Assembly (NCBI GenBank): GCA_031316235.1
Contig: JALDRA010000001.1
Location: forward strand, 2,910,001-2,942,000
From: Candidatus Scalindua sp.
Lineage (GTDB): Bacteria; Planctomycetota; Brocadiia; Brocadiales; Scalinduaceae
DNA length: 32,000 nt
Reading direction: 5' to 3'
Under the pieces are notes generated by a model. It ran no database searches. It saw only the letters and a program-made list of their open reading frames with translations, and was not told the origin of the DNA. The translations under genes and the position numbers were made by a program. Below, one piece after another: positions 22,886 to 31,237 of the stretch. Every line of letters starts with the position of its first letter. Position 1 is the first letter of the stretch.

Positions 22886-24493
22886 ATGAGGGGTGAACGT
22901 GGAGAGCAGCAATACGAAAGTGGAAGGTGTGTAAAATTGAAAAATATTCAATTAAAGCTTTACTATGCACAGACTGCGTTACTTTCTCTCTCTCTTTTTG
23001 TCTTTAGTGCTTTCACTATATCGGCCAGATCATTGAGTTCTGAAGGAACAGAAGGAGATGCTTATGTGTTCAACTCACATTCAGGCGCTACCGATATTCC
23101 TTCTGTTGCAGGTTCTTCAAAGGAGAGGGATCTGATTGACTCAGGGGAGAGACAGATGAATATGATTCAGGCCAAAATTTTCAGCCGTCAGGGATTATAT
23201 CGAAAATCTCTACACCGCTACAGGTTTCTTCTCAAAGATTTTCCGGATGATGAGGGTATATTGATGGATTATATTGATACCCTGGTGAACTTCTCTGATT
23301 ACAATCTTGCCCTTACGAAAGTGAATAAACTGATTGAAAAAGATCCAACGAACCTTGAGGCGAACAAGATGAAAGCCAGAATATATAATGAACAAGGGAA
23401 ATACAAATGGACATATGATATTTACGAAAGTATTTTGAGACAAAACCGGCTGGAGAAGAGTGCCTGGTCTGATTATGCCTCCGCAAAAATGAATGCAGGT
23501 GACTGGCCTGAAGCCTTGAATTATTTTTCACAGGTATTGGAACACGATTACGAAAACAGGACGGCCCTGCAGAACATTTATGACATTCAGCATGCACATC
23601 GTCCAGGATTAGAAACTGGGTATCGGACGTATAATCAGGGAAAAAACAATAGTATTAATACTCATTCTGTTGTCTATAGCAGGCATGTTACGAAGGATAC
23701 ACTGTTTTCTCTCGATTATGATCATATTACGGTGAATAGACCTTCAGTTCCGGAGTCTGGAATCAACCCTTTAGATTTAACAACTGATTATTCAAAATTT
23801 CAGTTGCGCCACCGTTTTAATAGAAGGCTGGAGGGAAATATTGGCGGTGGTTACTATTTTGGTTTTGATGACGGTTTTTCTTTTCATACCGGTATGGATT
23901 ACCGGATAGGAGAAACTGGTTTGTTACGGGCAAACTATTTTCTCAATAGTCCCTGGTATGATCCCCTTGAGGCGGCCAATCGTGATGGCAGCTTCAACGA
24001 GGTCGAATTCTCTTCCGACTGGAATTTTTTGAAAGTTTGGGGATTATTTCTTGGAGTAAAACAACTGGACTATTGTATTGATGGGTCCAGAGAGTATGGG
24101 ACAAAAAGGAGTTTTACAGGGATAGTAACGCGTAAAGTTAAAATCGCAGACAGCATTCCTGAATTTTATCTCAGCTATTCATATTATCGTTCAATATTTG
24201 ATTATGAAGAGAGGGATTTGATGCCGATAGCAATGGTTGAATCGGAGAAAAAACATACGGTTTCCTTCAACGTTGAACATTGGATGAGTAAACGTTGTGC
24301 GGTGATACTTGCCGGAAGCGTAAGTAAGGACCTTGACAGAAAACTTAATGGGTGGAGCTACAACCCCGGATTGAGGATAAAAATTGGAAAACGCTTTGAG
24401 TTTTTTCTTAACTACAATTTTTCAAGTGAGTCCGCGAATGCAGGTGGTGGAGAAACGAACGCATTCAGTTTCATGTTGCGGTCAAAATTATAA
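22886..24493 (+). CDS. pelB: PelB-like outer-membrane export protein (short TPR region + C-terminal beta-barrel)
   Basis: Signal-like LLSLSLFVFSAFTISA. TPR-like region (..LALTKVNKLIEKDPTNLEANKMKARIYNEQGKY..). The remaining ~300 aa have alternating-hydrophobic beta-strand patterns (GLLRANYFL, EFYLSYSYY, HTVSFNVEH, FEFFLNYNF, NAFSFMLRS). An alternative start is TTG 22937 after GGAAGG. Confidence 0.6.
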   Translation: MRGERGEQQYESGRCVKLKNIQLKLYYAQTALLSLSLFVFSAFTISARSLSSEGTEGDAYVFNSHSGATDIPSVAGSSKERDLIDSGERQMNMIQAKIFSRQGLYRKSLHRYRFLLKDFPDDEGILMDYIDTLVNFSDYNLALTKVNKLIEKDPTNLEANKMKARIYNEQGKYKWTYDIYESILRQNRLEKSAWSDYASAKMNAGDWPEALNYFSQVLEHDYENRTALQNIYDIQHAHRPGLETGYRTYNQGKNNSINTHSVVYSRHVTKDTLFSLDYDHITVNRPSVPESGINPLDLTTDYSKFQLRHRFNRRLEGNIGGGYYFGFDDGFSFHTGMDYRIGETGLLRANYFLNSPWYDPLEAANRDGSFNEVEFSSDWNFLKVWGLFLGVKQLDYCIDGSREYGTKRSFTGIVTRKVKIADSIPEFYLSYSYYRSIFDYEERDLMPIAMVESEKKHTVSFNVEHWMSKRCAVILAGSVSKDLDRKLNGWSYNPGLRIKIGKRFEFFLNYNFSSESANAGGGETNAFSFMLRSKL

Positions 24494-24534
24494 AGGAGGC
24501 AGGGAGGTAGTGATTAAAAACTCCCGTTATCATC

Positions 24535-25989
24535 ATGGCTAATCCGACCTTTACCGTTCAACCTTTGATAAAGACGACGAAGTCAGAAATAACAGAGATT
24601 TTACTTGGTTTTGTCATCATGATCGCGATAAATATCCTTTGGTTTCAGGATTCCCTTGGATTTTACGGGATTCGCTATCATCCCTATTGGATAGTCATCC
24701 TGGCTGTGGCAACCAGATACGGTTTCAGGGGAGGGCTTACGGCAGGTATTATGGGAGGAGTCCTGCTGCTTGTATTGATGAAGGTAGGTGAACCTGATAT
24801 GGCTGTGAAACAATTTCTCAGATATAAATATCTGGAGACCCCGGTGTTATTTATTATCGTGGGAACCTTTATAGGCGAGCTCAGAGAGATGCAGAAAAGG
24901 CAGTTTGCTGAGCTATACGAAGTTTACGCAGAAGTGCAGAACTCACTCCTTGTACTTACTAAAAAATATGATGCCGTAATCACGGCCAAGCAGGAACTTG
25001 ATACCAGGATAGTTGGTCAGGAGCAGACAATTTCAACCCTGTACGAGTCTGCTCTGGCACTGAAATCACTGAAAGAAGAAGATATTTATCCGGCAGTTCT
25101 CAAGATAGTGAAAGAATTTATATCTGCGGAAGAGTGCTCAATTTATAAAGCAACCACCCATAAGCTTAAGTTGGTTGTAAATGGAGGATGGAAAGATGAT
25201 AATTCGTACGCCACTGAAACAGATCTTGATGAGGGACTCATGGGCAGGGCCTTTACCACTGGTAAAACAGCCACGATTACTGATATGCTGAACGGAGATG
25301 AACCCCACAGTTTTTCTGATGTCCGTCTGATTGTCTCTGCTCCTATCATGAACAGCAAGAAGGTTGTTACGGGGGTTTTAAACATCGAAAAAATGCCTTT
25401 CGTGAAATTTAATCCTCAATCTATAAAGATGGCTTCTCTTTTAGCTGACTGGTGCGGATCTGCGGTGGAGAATGCAAGGACTTATCAGGAATCAAAGGAC
25501 CATAATATAGCTGATGAGATAACAGGTGCTTATACCTATGAATATTTATGTATAAGGATGGAAGAGGAGTTCAATAAAGCATACCGCTATAAGTTCATTT
25601 TCGGGATTTTAGTTCTTGAAATTGTGGAATATGATGTTATTTCAGAAACGAAAATACAGGAGATCATGCCCGTATTCAGTACGGTGTTTAGGAATGCGGT
25701 GAGAAAAACAGACCTTTTATTTGTCGGGAGTAACCCGGGATCGTTTGTGTTTCTTTTTCCCTTTACCCCCATAAAGGGTATTGCTGTGGTGAAAAACAAA
25801 TTAATTCAATCAATTCATGAATTTAAATTCAGACCATTCGAAGATGGGGACAGATTACTGGAAGTTTACGCTGGTATGGCAGAATTTAATGACAAATTAG
25901 CAGCATACGGAGAACTGTTACAGGTGGCAGTTGATGATGTGGAAAGAGAAAAGCGCATAAAGTCCCGGCAGTTGACCGTAAAATCGTGA
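24535..25989 (+). CDS. pelD: PelD-like c-di-GMP receptor (4 TM + GAF + degenerate GGDEF)
   Basis: Four N-terminal hydrophobic helices. GAF-like EDIYPAVLKIVKEFISAEECSIYKA... GGDEF-fold onset DEITGAYTYEYLCIRMEEEFNKAYRY. The GGDEF motif is replaced by SNPGSF, while an RxxD (RKTD, 25702-25713) is kept just upstream. 484 aa, positioned before pelE-F-G. Confidence 0.75.
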   Translation: MANPTFTVQPLIKTTKSEITEILLGFVIMIAINILWFQDSLGFYGIRYHPYWIVILAVATRYGFRGGLTAGIMGGVLLLVLMKVGEPDMAVKQFLRYKYLETPVLFIIVGTFIGELREMQKRQFAELYEVYAEVQNSLLVLTKKYDAVITAKQELDTRIVGQEQTISTLYESALALKSLKEEDIYPAVLKIVKEFISAEECSIYKATTHKLKLVVNGGWKDDNSYATETDLDEGLMGRAFTTGKTATITDMLNGDEPHSFSDVRLIVSAPIMNSKKVVTGVLNIEKMPFVKFNPQSIKMASLLADWCGSAVENARTYQESKDHNIADEITGAYTYEYLCIRMEEEFNKAYRYKFIFGILVLEIVEYDVISETKIQEIMPVFSTVFRNAVRKTDLLFVGSNPGSFVFLFPFTPIKGIAVVKNKLIQSIHEFKFRPFEDGDRLLEVYAGMAEFNDKLAAYGELLQVAVDDVEREKRIKSRQLTVKS

Positions 25990-26012
25990 GAACGTAAGCA
26001 ACAGAAAGAGAA

Positions 26013-27080
26013 ATGAATAGAAAAATCTTTACACTATCTGTGGGTATTCTCCTGTGGGTCCTTGCCCTTTCCTGTGAGCTGGTAGCGGGAGAGATGATTC
26101 TTCATGCAGATAGATATTCAACTGCGAATCTCATTATCGCTTTCTCTGTCCATACGTCAGCTTCCATCTTATCGTTTCTGGTGTTTTGGATTTACTCAGT
26201 AGAAAAAAGCAACGAACTTAAATTCTATAGTTACCAAAGTGGTTTGGTGACTTTTTTTCTGCCTGTGATAGGTATTTTAGGAGCTGCGAGTAGTTTTTTG
26301 CTGGTAAGATTTGTTTTAAAGAGGAAAGGGTACTTTTCTACTACCGAAGATCCTCTTGAGAATGAGGATAAAGATTCTCTGCTGTTTGAAGATATATCTG
26401 ACACGTCTACACTTGTAAAAGAAGAGACGAACATTGAACCAATCATGGACATTCTCAATGGAGACGATCCTGCACTCAAAAGAGGGGCAATAAATCTGCT
26501 CAGACAAATGGGTAGCAGGGAGGCTGTACATTTATTAAAAAAATGTATCTCCGATCCTCATGAAGAAGTACGATTTTACACCAGTGCTGCACTGAAAAAG
26601 CTTAATGATGCCTACATCCAGCAGTTGAAAAATGTCAAAGAGGAGATAGCAAGGGAAAAACCCTCAATTCCCAATCTTCAGAAATTGGGAGACATCTGCA
26701 CAAAGTATGCAGAAAGTGATCTTTGTGAACAGAGTGCACGGGACTACTACCTGAGCCTTGCAAAAAATGCCTTCAATGAGGCACTCATTCTTGATCCTGA
26801 AAATAGAGAAATCACAACAAACCTTGGTTATGTTTGTCTGGAGTTGAAAGAGTACGAAGAGGCTGAAAAATATCTGAAATGGGTGGTAACCAGAAACCCT
26901 GAACATGTTGATGCATTACTATGGCTGTGCCGGTTATATTATGAAAAGTGGGATTTGAAGGCCCTGGTTGAAAATATTCATGGAATGAATCCAGTATACC
27001 ATTCAGAAGCTGGAGATCCTTATAACAGGATGCTTCTTGATTTCTGGACTAAACAGCATGAGGTATATTCAGATGGCTAA
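26013..27080 (+). CDS. pelE: PelE-like inner-membrane TPR/HEAT-repeat protein
   Basis: N-terminal TM helices (IFTLSVGILLWVLALS, LIIAFSVHTSASILSFLVFWIY, LVTFFLPVIGILGAASSFLLV), then helical repeats (ALKRGAINLLRQMGSREAVHLLKKCISDPHEEVRF; TPR-like EYEEAEKYLKWVVTRNPEHVDALLWL). Located between pelD and pelF. The assignment is partly positional. Confidence 0.6.
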   Translation: MNRKIFTLSVGILLWVLALSCELVAGEMILHADRYSTANLIIAFSVHTSASILSFLVFWIYSVEKSNELKFYSYQSGLVTFFLPVIGILGAASSFLLVRFVLKRKGYFSTTEDPLENEDKDSLLFEDISDTSTLVKEETNIEPIMDILNGDDPALKRGAINLLRQMGSREAVHLLKKCISDPHEEVRFYTSAALKKLNDAYIQQLKNVKEEIAREKPSIPNLQKLGDICTKYAESDLCEQSARDYYLSLAKNAFNEALILDPENREITTNLGYVCLELKEYEEAEKYLKWVVTRNPEHVDALLWLCRLYYEKWDLKALVENIHGMNPVYHSEAGDPYNRMLLDFWTKQHEVYSDG

Positions 27081-28605
27081 CAGAATATATGATGTCTGTC
27101 TTATCTTGGAGGGATCATATCCCTTTGTAGAAGGAGGAGTTTCCCGGTGGATGCATTTTTTGATAAAATCTCTTCCGGAGATCAGTTTTACCGCGGTATG
27201 CATTTCCACTACTTCGAAAGAAAAACAGCGTTACAAATACGAAATACCTCATAATCTCAGTGATATTAAGGTTGTTTATCTCTCTGACTACAGTCCTGTC
27301 GGGAGAAAAAAATCAAGAAAGGTAATACGAACAAAACAGACAGATAGTTTACGAGCATTTCATCATAGACTTTTTCAAAAAGATTTATCATCGCTGGATG
27401 AAGTGATGTCTCTATTTAACCCTTCCCATAAAGAGAGGCTGACACTCCATGATATGATTTTTAGCAAAGAGTCATGGGAACTTCTCTTAGACTTTTACAA
27501 GCCGGATGAAAGTGATTTCTCTTTTATTGATTACTTCTGGACTTTCCGGGTTTCACATCTTTCTCTTTTTAACATTTTGAATGCTGAGGTACCAAGGGCA
27601 AAGGTGTATCATACGATATCCACAGGTTATGCAGGATTTATGGGTGCCTTTGCCAGCCGTACATATAAAAGACCGCTTATTCTCACCGAACATGGTATAT
27701 ACACGAAGGAGAGGAAGATAGACATCGCACAGGCGGAATGGATCTATGCTTCTGCAGGGAAGAAAATGAAGGTTGAAAAGGATCTTGGCACCTTGCAGAA
27801 CATTTGGGTACGTATATTCGAGTCAATGGGAAAATTTACTTATAACACGGCAGAAAGAATATACACCCTTTATGAAGGAAATCGGCGACAACAGGTATTG
27901 GATGGAGCAGATCCCGACAAGACCTTTGTTATTCCTAACGGGATAGATATCGCTCGATATAAGAAGTTGTACGTTGATCGAAATGCAAGGAATTCTCTCG
28001 ATAGTGGAAAGTCTCTTTTCTCAATAGGCTTTGTGGGAAGGGTGGTACCTATTAAAGATGTGAAGACTTTTATCAGGGCATGCAAGGTTGTTTCTCTCCG
28101 TGTGCCTAACATAAATATATACATCATAGGGCCGACTGATGAGAATGCAAAGTATTATCAAGAATGCCTTGAACTGTGCAGTTTCATGGGGATCAAAGAG
28201 CTCATAAAGTTTGTGGGACAGGATGACACCATGAAATACTATTCCTTTCTGGACCTGGTTGTTCTTACAAGTGTTAGTGAGGCACAACCTCTTGTTGTGC
28301 TGGAAGCTAATTGTGCCGGTGTTCCGGTGGTGGCATCTGATGTGGGTGCCTGCCGGGAATTGTTGGAAGGAAATACAGAAGAAGATAAAGCTTTGGGGGT
28401 TTCAGGCATAGTAACAAGGGTAGTAGATCCAGCTGATACGGCTGATGGGATTATTACTATTCTCACGAATGATGTCATGAGGAAGAAGATGTCAATTGCA
28501 GGCCATAAAAGAGTTGAAACTTTTTATCGTGAAAGTGATCTCAACGAAAAGTATTTATCAGTATATAAAGAATTCATGAAAAGAGAAGATATCGGAGAGT
28601 TATAA
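27073..28605 (+). CDS. pelF: PelF-like GT4 glycosyltransferase
   Basis: MANRIYDVCLILEGSYPFVEGGVSRWMH matches the characteristic PelF N-terminus. C-terminal GT4 E-x7-E region is SVSEAQPLVVLEANCAGVPVVASDVGACRELL. ATG 27073 overlaps the pelE stop by 8 nt. The track ORF start at 27037 is rejected. Confidence 0.85.
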   Translation: MANRIYDVCLILEGSYPFVEGGVSRWMHFLIKSLPEISFTAVCISTTSKEKQRYKYEIPHNLSDIKVVYLSDYSPVGRKKSRKVIRTKQTDSLRAFHHRLFQKDLSSLDEVMSLFNPSHKERLTLHDMIFSKESWELLLDFYKPDESDFSFIDYFWTFRVSHLSLFNILNAEVPRAKVYHTISTGYAGFMGAFASRTYKRPLILTEHGIYTKERKIDIAQAEWIYASAGKKMKVEKDLGTLQNIWVRIFESMGKFTYNTAERIYTLYEGNRRQQVLDGADPDKTFVIPNGIDIARYKKLYVDRNARNSLDSGKSLFSIGFVGRVVPIKDVKTFIRACKVVSLRVPNINIYIIGPTDENAKYYQECLELCSFMGIKELIKFVGQDDTMKYYSFLDLVVLTSVSEAQPLVVLEANCAGVPVVASDVGACRELLEGNTEEDKALGVSGIVTRVVDPADTADGIITILTNDVMRKKMSIAGHKRVETFYRESDLNEKYLSVYKEFMKREDIGEL

Positions 28606-28607
28606 AT

Positions 28608-29978
28608 ATGGCAGGAATAGGATTTGAACTGAAAAAGATATTAAAACGAGACACTTTTTTAAGCGAATTCAAGGCTTATTTTTATGCAGCCCTTGTCTCT
28701 TCTGGCCCGTGGCTTATGTCTGTAGTGTGCCTGGGAATCCTTGGAATAACGAAGGGTACAGGATTAAGTTATTCAGAGCATGAAATATTCCGGTCGACAA
28801 TCGTCTATACCTATGCTTTTTCGCTTATGTATGTAGGTTCCATACAGCTTGTTGTAACAAGGTATCTGGCAGACCAGCTTTACCTGGAGAATGAAAAGAT
28901 TACTCTGCCAACTTTTTTTACCTGTATGGTGCTTGTCCTTGGAGGAGGTTCGGTTTTTTCCGTGCTCTGTTATTTCCCTTTTAAAATATCGCTCCTTCAC
29001 AAGTTTGACGGTATCATACTCTTTCTGCTTGTCAGTATGATCTGGGTGTGTATGATCTTTCTGTCGGTAATTAAAGACTTTGTCAGTATAGTATATGCCT
29101 TTGCCGGAGGAACGTTAACGAGCATATTTGCCGCTCCATATATAGGGAAACTCTTCGGAACTGAAGGATATCTGATGGGGTATACATTGGGACAGGCGGT
29201 TATCTTCTTCTGGCTACTTTCAAAAATCCTGATTGAATTTCCTGTGTCTGGGTTATGGAACAAAGAGCTTTTTCAGTATTTCAGGAAATATTGGGATCTT
29301 ATCGTAATCGGGTTTGTCTATAATCTCGCGATATGGTCTGACAAGATGGTCTTTTGGTTTGCACCAGATTCACGATTGATAGTTCCCTGGTTCAGGACTC
29401 ACGATTTTTATGAGGGCGCAGTGTTTTTTTCTTATTTAACGATTGTACCAGCCCTTGCTCTTTTTATGGTGAATATCGAAACAAATTTTTATGAACATTA
29501 TCGGCATTATTATGGAAAGATTATGGGAAAGCAGAGTCTTTCAAGCATTAGAAAAGAGAAAAACATCATGGTGTCAAAGCTTAAAGACAGCCTGCGGATG
29601 GTCTTTATTTTTCAGGGAGCTATCACCAGTGTGTGCCTTATATTTGCTCCAATTCTCGTCAGGATGGCACATCTTATTCCCGTTCAAATTCCCATATTCA
29701 GAATCTCACTGATCGGCTCATTTCTTCAGATACTGCTGGCGATGAATATTATCATTCTCTTTTATTTTGATTTAAGAAGACACGTCATGGCAGTAGCATT
29801 ACTCTTTTTATTTTCCAACGTCCTGTTCAGTATGATAACAACAAAACTGGGGGTTTCATTTTATGGTTATGGATATGCGTATGCGTGCTTTGTGTCACTC
29901 ATGTTAGCATTCCATTTACTCGATAAAAGTGTAAATGACCTTGAGTATATTACTTTTGCGAAGCAGCCGGTACATTAA
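28608..29978 (+). CDS. pelG: PelG-like polytopic membrane protein (polysaccharide export/flippase-like)
   Basis: MAGIGFELKKILKRDTFLSE.. is the typical PelG N-terminus. About 12 hydrophobic segments. The 456-aa length matches PelG. It starts 2 nt after the pelF stop. Confidence 0.8.
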   Translation: MAGIGFELKKILKRDTFLSEFKAYFYAALVSSGPWLMSVVCLGILGITKGTGLSYSEHEIFRSTIVYTYAFSLMYVGSIQLVVTRYLADQLYLENEKITLPTFFTCMVLVLGGGSVFSVLCYFPFKISLLHKFDGIILFLLVSMIWVCMIFLSVIKDFVSIVYAFAGGTLTSIFAAPYIGKLFGTEGYLMGYTLGQAVIFFWLLSKILIEFPVSGLWNKELFQYFRKYWDLIVIGFVYNLAIWSDKMVFWFAPDSRLIVPWFRTHDFYEGAVFFSYLTIVPALALFMVNIETNFYEHYRHYYGKIMGKQSLSSIRKEKNIMVSKLKDSLRMVFIFQGAITSVCLIFAPILVRMAHLIPVQIPIFRISLIGSFLQILLAMNIIILFYFDLRRHVMAVALLFLFSNVLFSMITTKLGVSFYGYGYAYACFVSLMLAFHLLDKSVNDLEYITFAKQPVH

Positions 29979-30009
29979 AAGACCCTTGCCTCCTTTAATC
30001 CATTTACCA

Positions 30010-30576
30010 TTACCTGGGCTGTAATATATTTCTAACGAGTTTTCGGCAGATTTTTTGTGCAAGGCTGTTTAATGAGTCTTTCATGAACCAGGAGCTCTTT
30101 CCCGTTTGTGATTTGCTTGCAGTCCACAAAATCTCCCCGCTCTCCACATCGAGAAGGCGGATATTTATCCCCACAACAGGAACTTCACTCAAGTCCATTT
30201 TGTATCGGTACTCTGAAACAGATCCAAAAATTACCGTATCCACTCCCAGAAGTTTCCCGATTTCTCCTGCAGAAATATTGTCTAAAACAGATTCAAGATA
30301 GTCCTCATCATAATATTTACTCTTTGTAAGTTTCTCGTGTATCGCGGATTGTTCCATCATCTGGAAATTCGGAACGGTATAGAGTTCTGAAGCCATGAGG
30401 TCGGTAACGATTTTTCCTGCCTGGGGATTGTTTGTGTGGTTTGCAAAACAAAGCAAAGCGACGTATCTTGCCCTGGAATGTATCTCTTCAGCTTTTATAA
30501 AGCCCTGTTGGTTTGTCTGGCAGGAAAGAGGTGTTGTGGCTATCAAAAGGAGGATAAAAACTTTTAATGTTTTCAT
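30010..30576 (-). CDS. pelC: PelC-like outer-membrane lipoprotein (LpoB/CsgG/TolB-N-like fold family), convergent with pelG
   Basis: Signal peptide with a lipobox-like ..ATTPLSC/Q. The core YVALLCFANHTNNPQAGKIVTDLMASELYT..GVDTVIFGSVSEY fits the v-A-v-l-p-F-x-N pattern of PelC/LpoB-type lipoproteins. Located 31 nt from the pelG stop. Family membership is judged by eye only. Confidence 0.5.
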   Translation of the reverse strand: MKTLKVFILLLIATTPLSCQTNQQGFIKAEEIHSRARYVALLCFANHTNNPQAGKIVTDLMASELYTVPNFQMMEQSAIHEKLTKSKYYDEDYLESVLDNISAGEIGKLLGVDTVIFGSVSEYRYKMDLSEVPVVGINIRLLDVESGEILWTASKSQTGKSSWFMKDSLNSLAQKICRKLVRNILQPR

Positions 30577-30619
30577 GTTTTATCAGTGTATGAAACTGTT
30601 TACCTTCGGATTCCTTACT

Positions 30620-30652
30620 ATATTTCAAACAGCAATCTGATGTTTGAAATAT
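30620..30652. promoter_or_regulatory. Perfect 12-bp inverted repeat with 9-bp spacer upstream of the PelC-like gene
   Basis: ATATTTCAAACA-GCAATCTGA-TGTTTGAAATAT, 44-76 nt upstream of the pelC-like start codon (- strand), within an AT-rich spacer that has no confident gene. Candidate dimeric-regulator operator. Confidence 0.3.
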
Positions 30653-31237
30653 GGCTGGCTTTGTAAAAAATCAGGTAAAGCACAGGGATCTTGGATCAGG
30701 GAATAAACCCGCCGTATCATGGGTTAAAGCACTTTATGATGCGGCACCATTCAACTTGATTTATTGCCTGTTGTCAATACTATTTTTATCCCTTATCGTT
30801 TTGAAACAGGTTAAATCAAATTCCCTGGATCAATTAACGAAGAATTGGGCCCGGTAAATCGAGAAATAAAAGAGCGGCACCAGCGATTCAATAGATCATG
30901 AAAAAGGTGATACTTTTTCCTGTTACAAAATAAGGTGTGCTGAAGGGAAGCCATAAGATCGAACCTGAGATCTGGGTAGGGATTTTGTATTTCTGGCGAT
31001 GAAAAATTCCCCCATAAACTGTTGAAATTATGTACATCATGGAGGAAAACAGAGTCGATGGAGACATTACTGAAAAATATATTGAAATAACAGACATTGA
31101 TAAGTCTTGCTGTTTAAACAAATTACCGGTAGTCTTTTTCTCAAAAGAGAGAATTTGGATAAGAAGTTCTTTATTAGGCATCATTTTAGCGGAAGATACT
31201 TCTGAAACAAATTCAAAATCTGTGATTGGAGGTGAAT

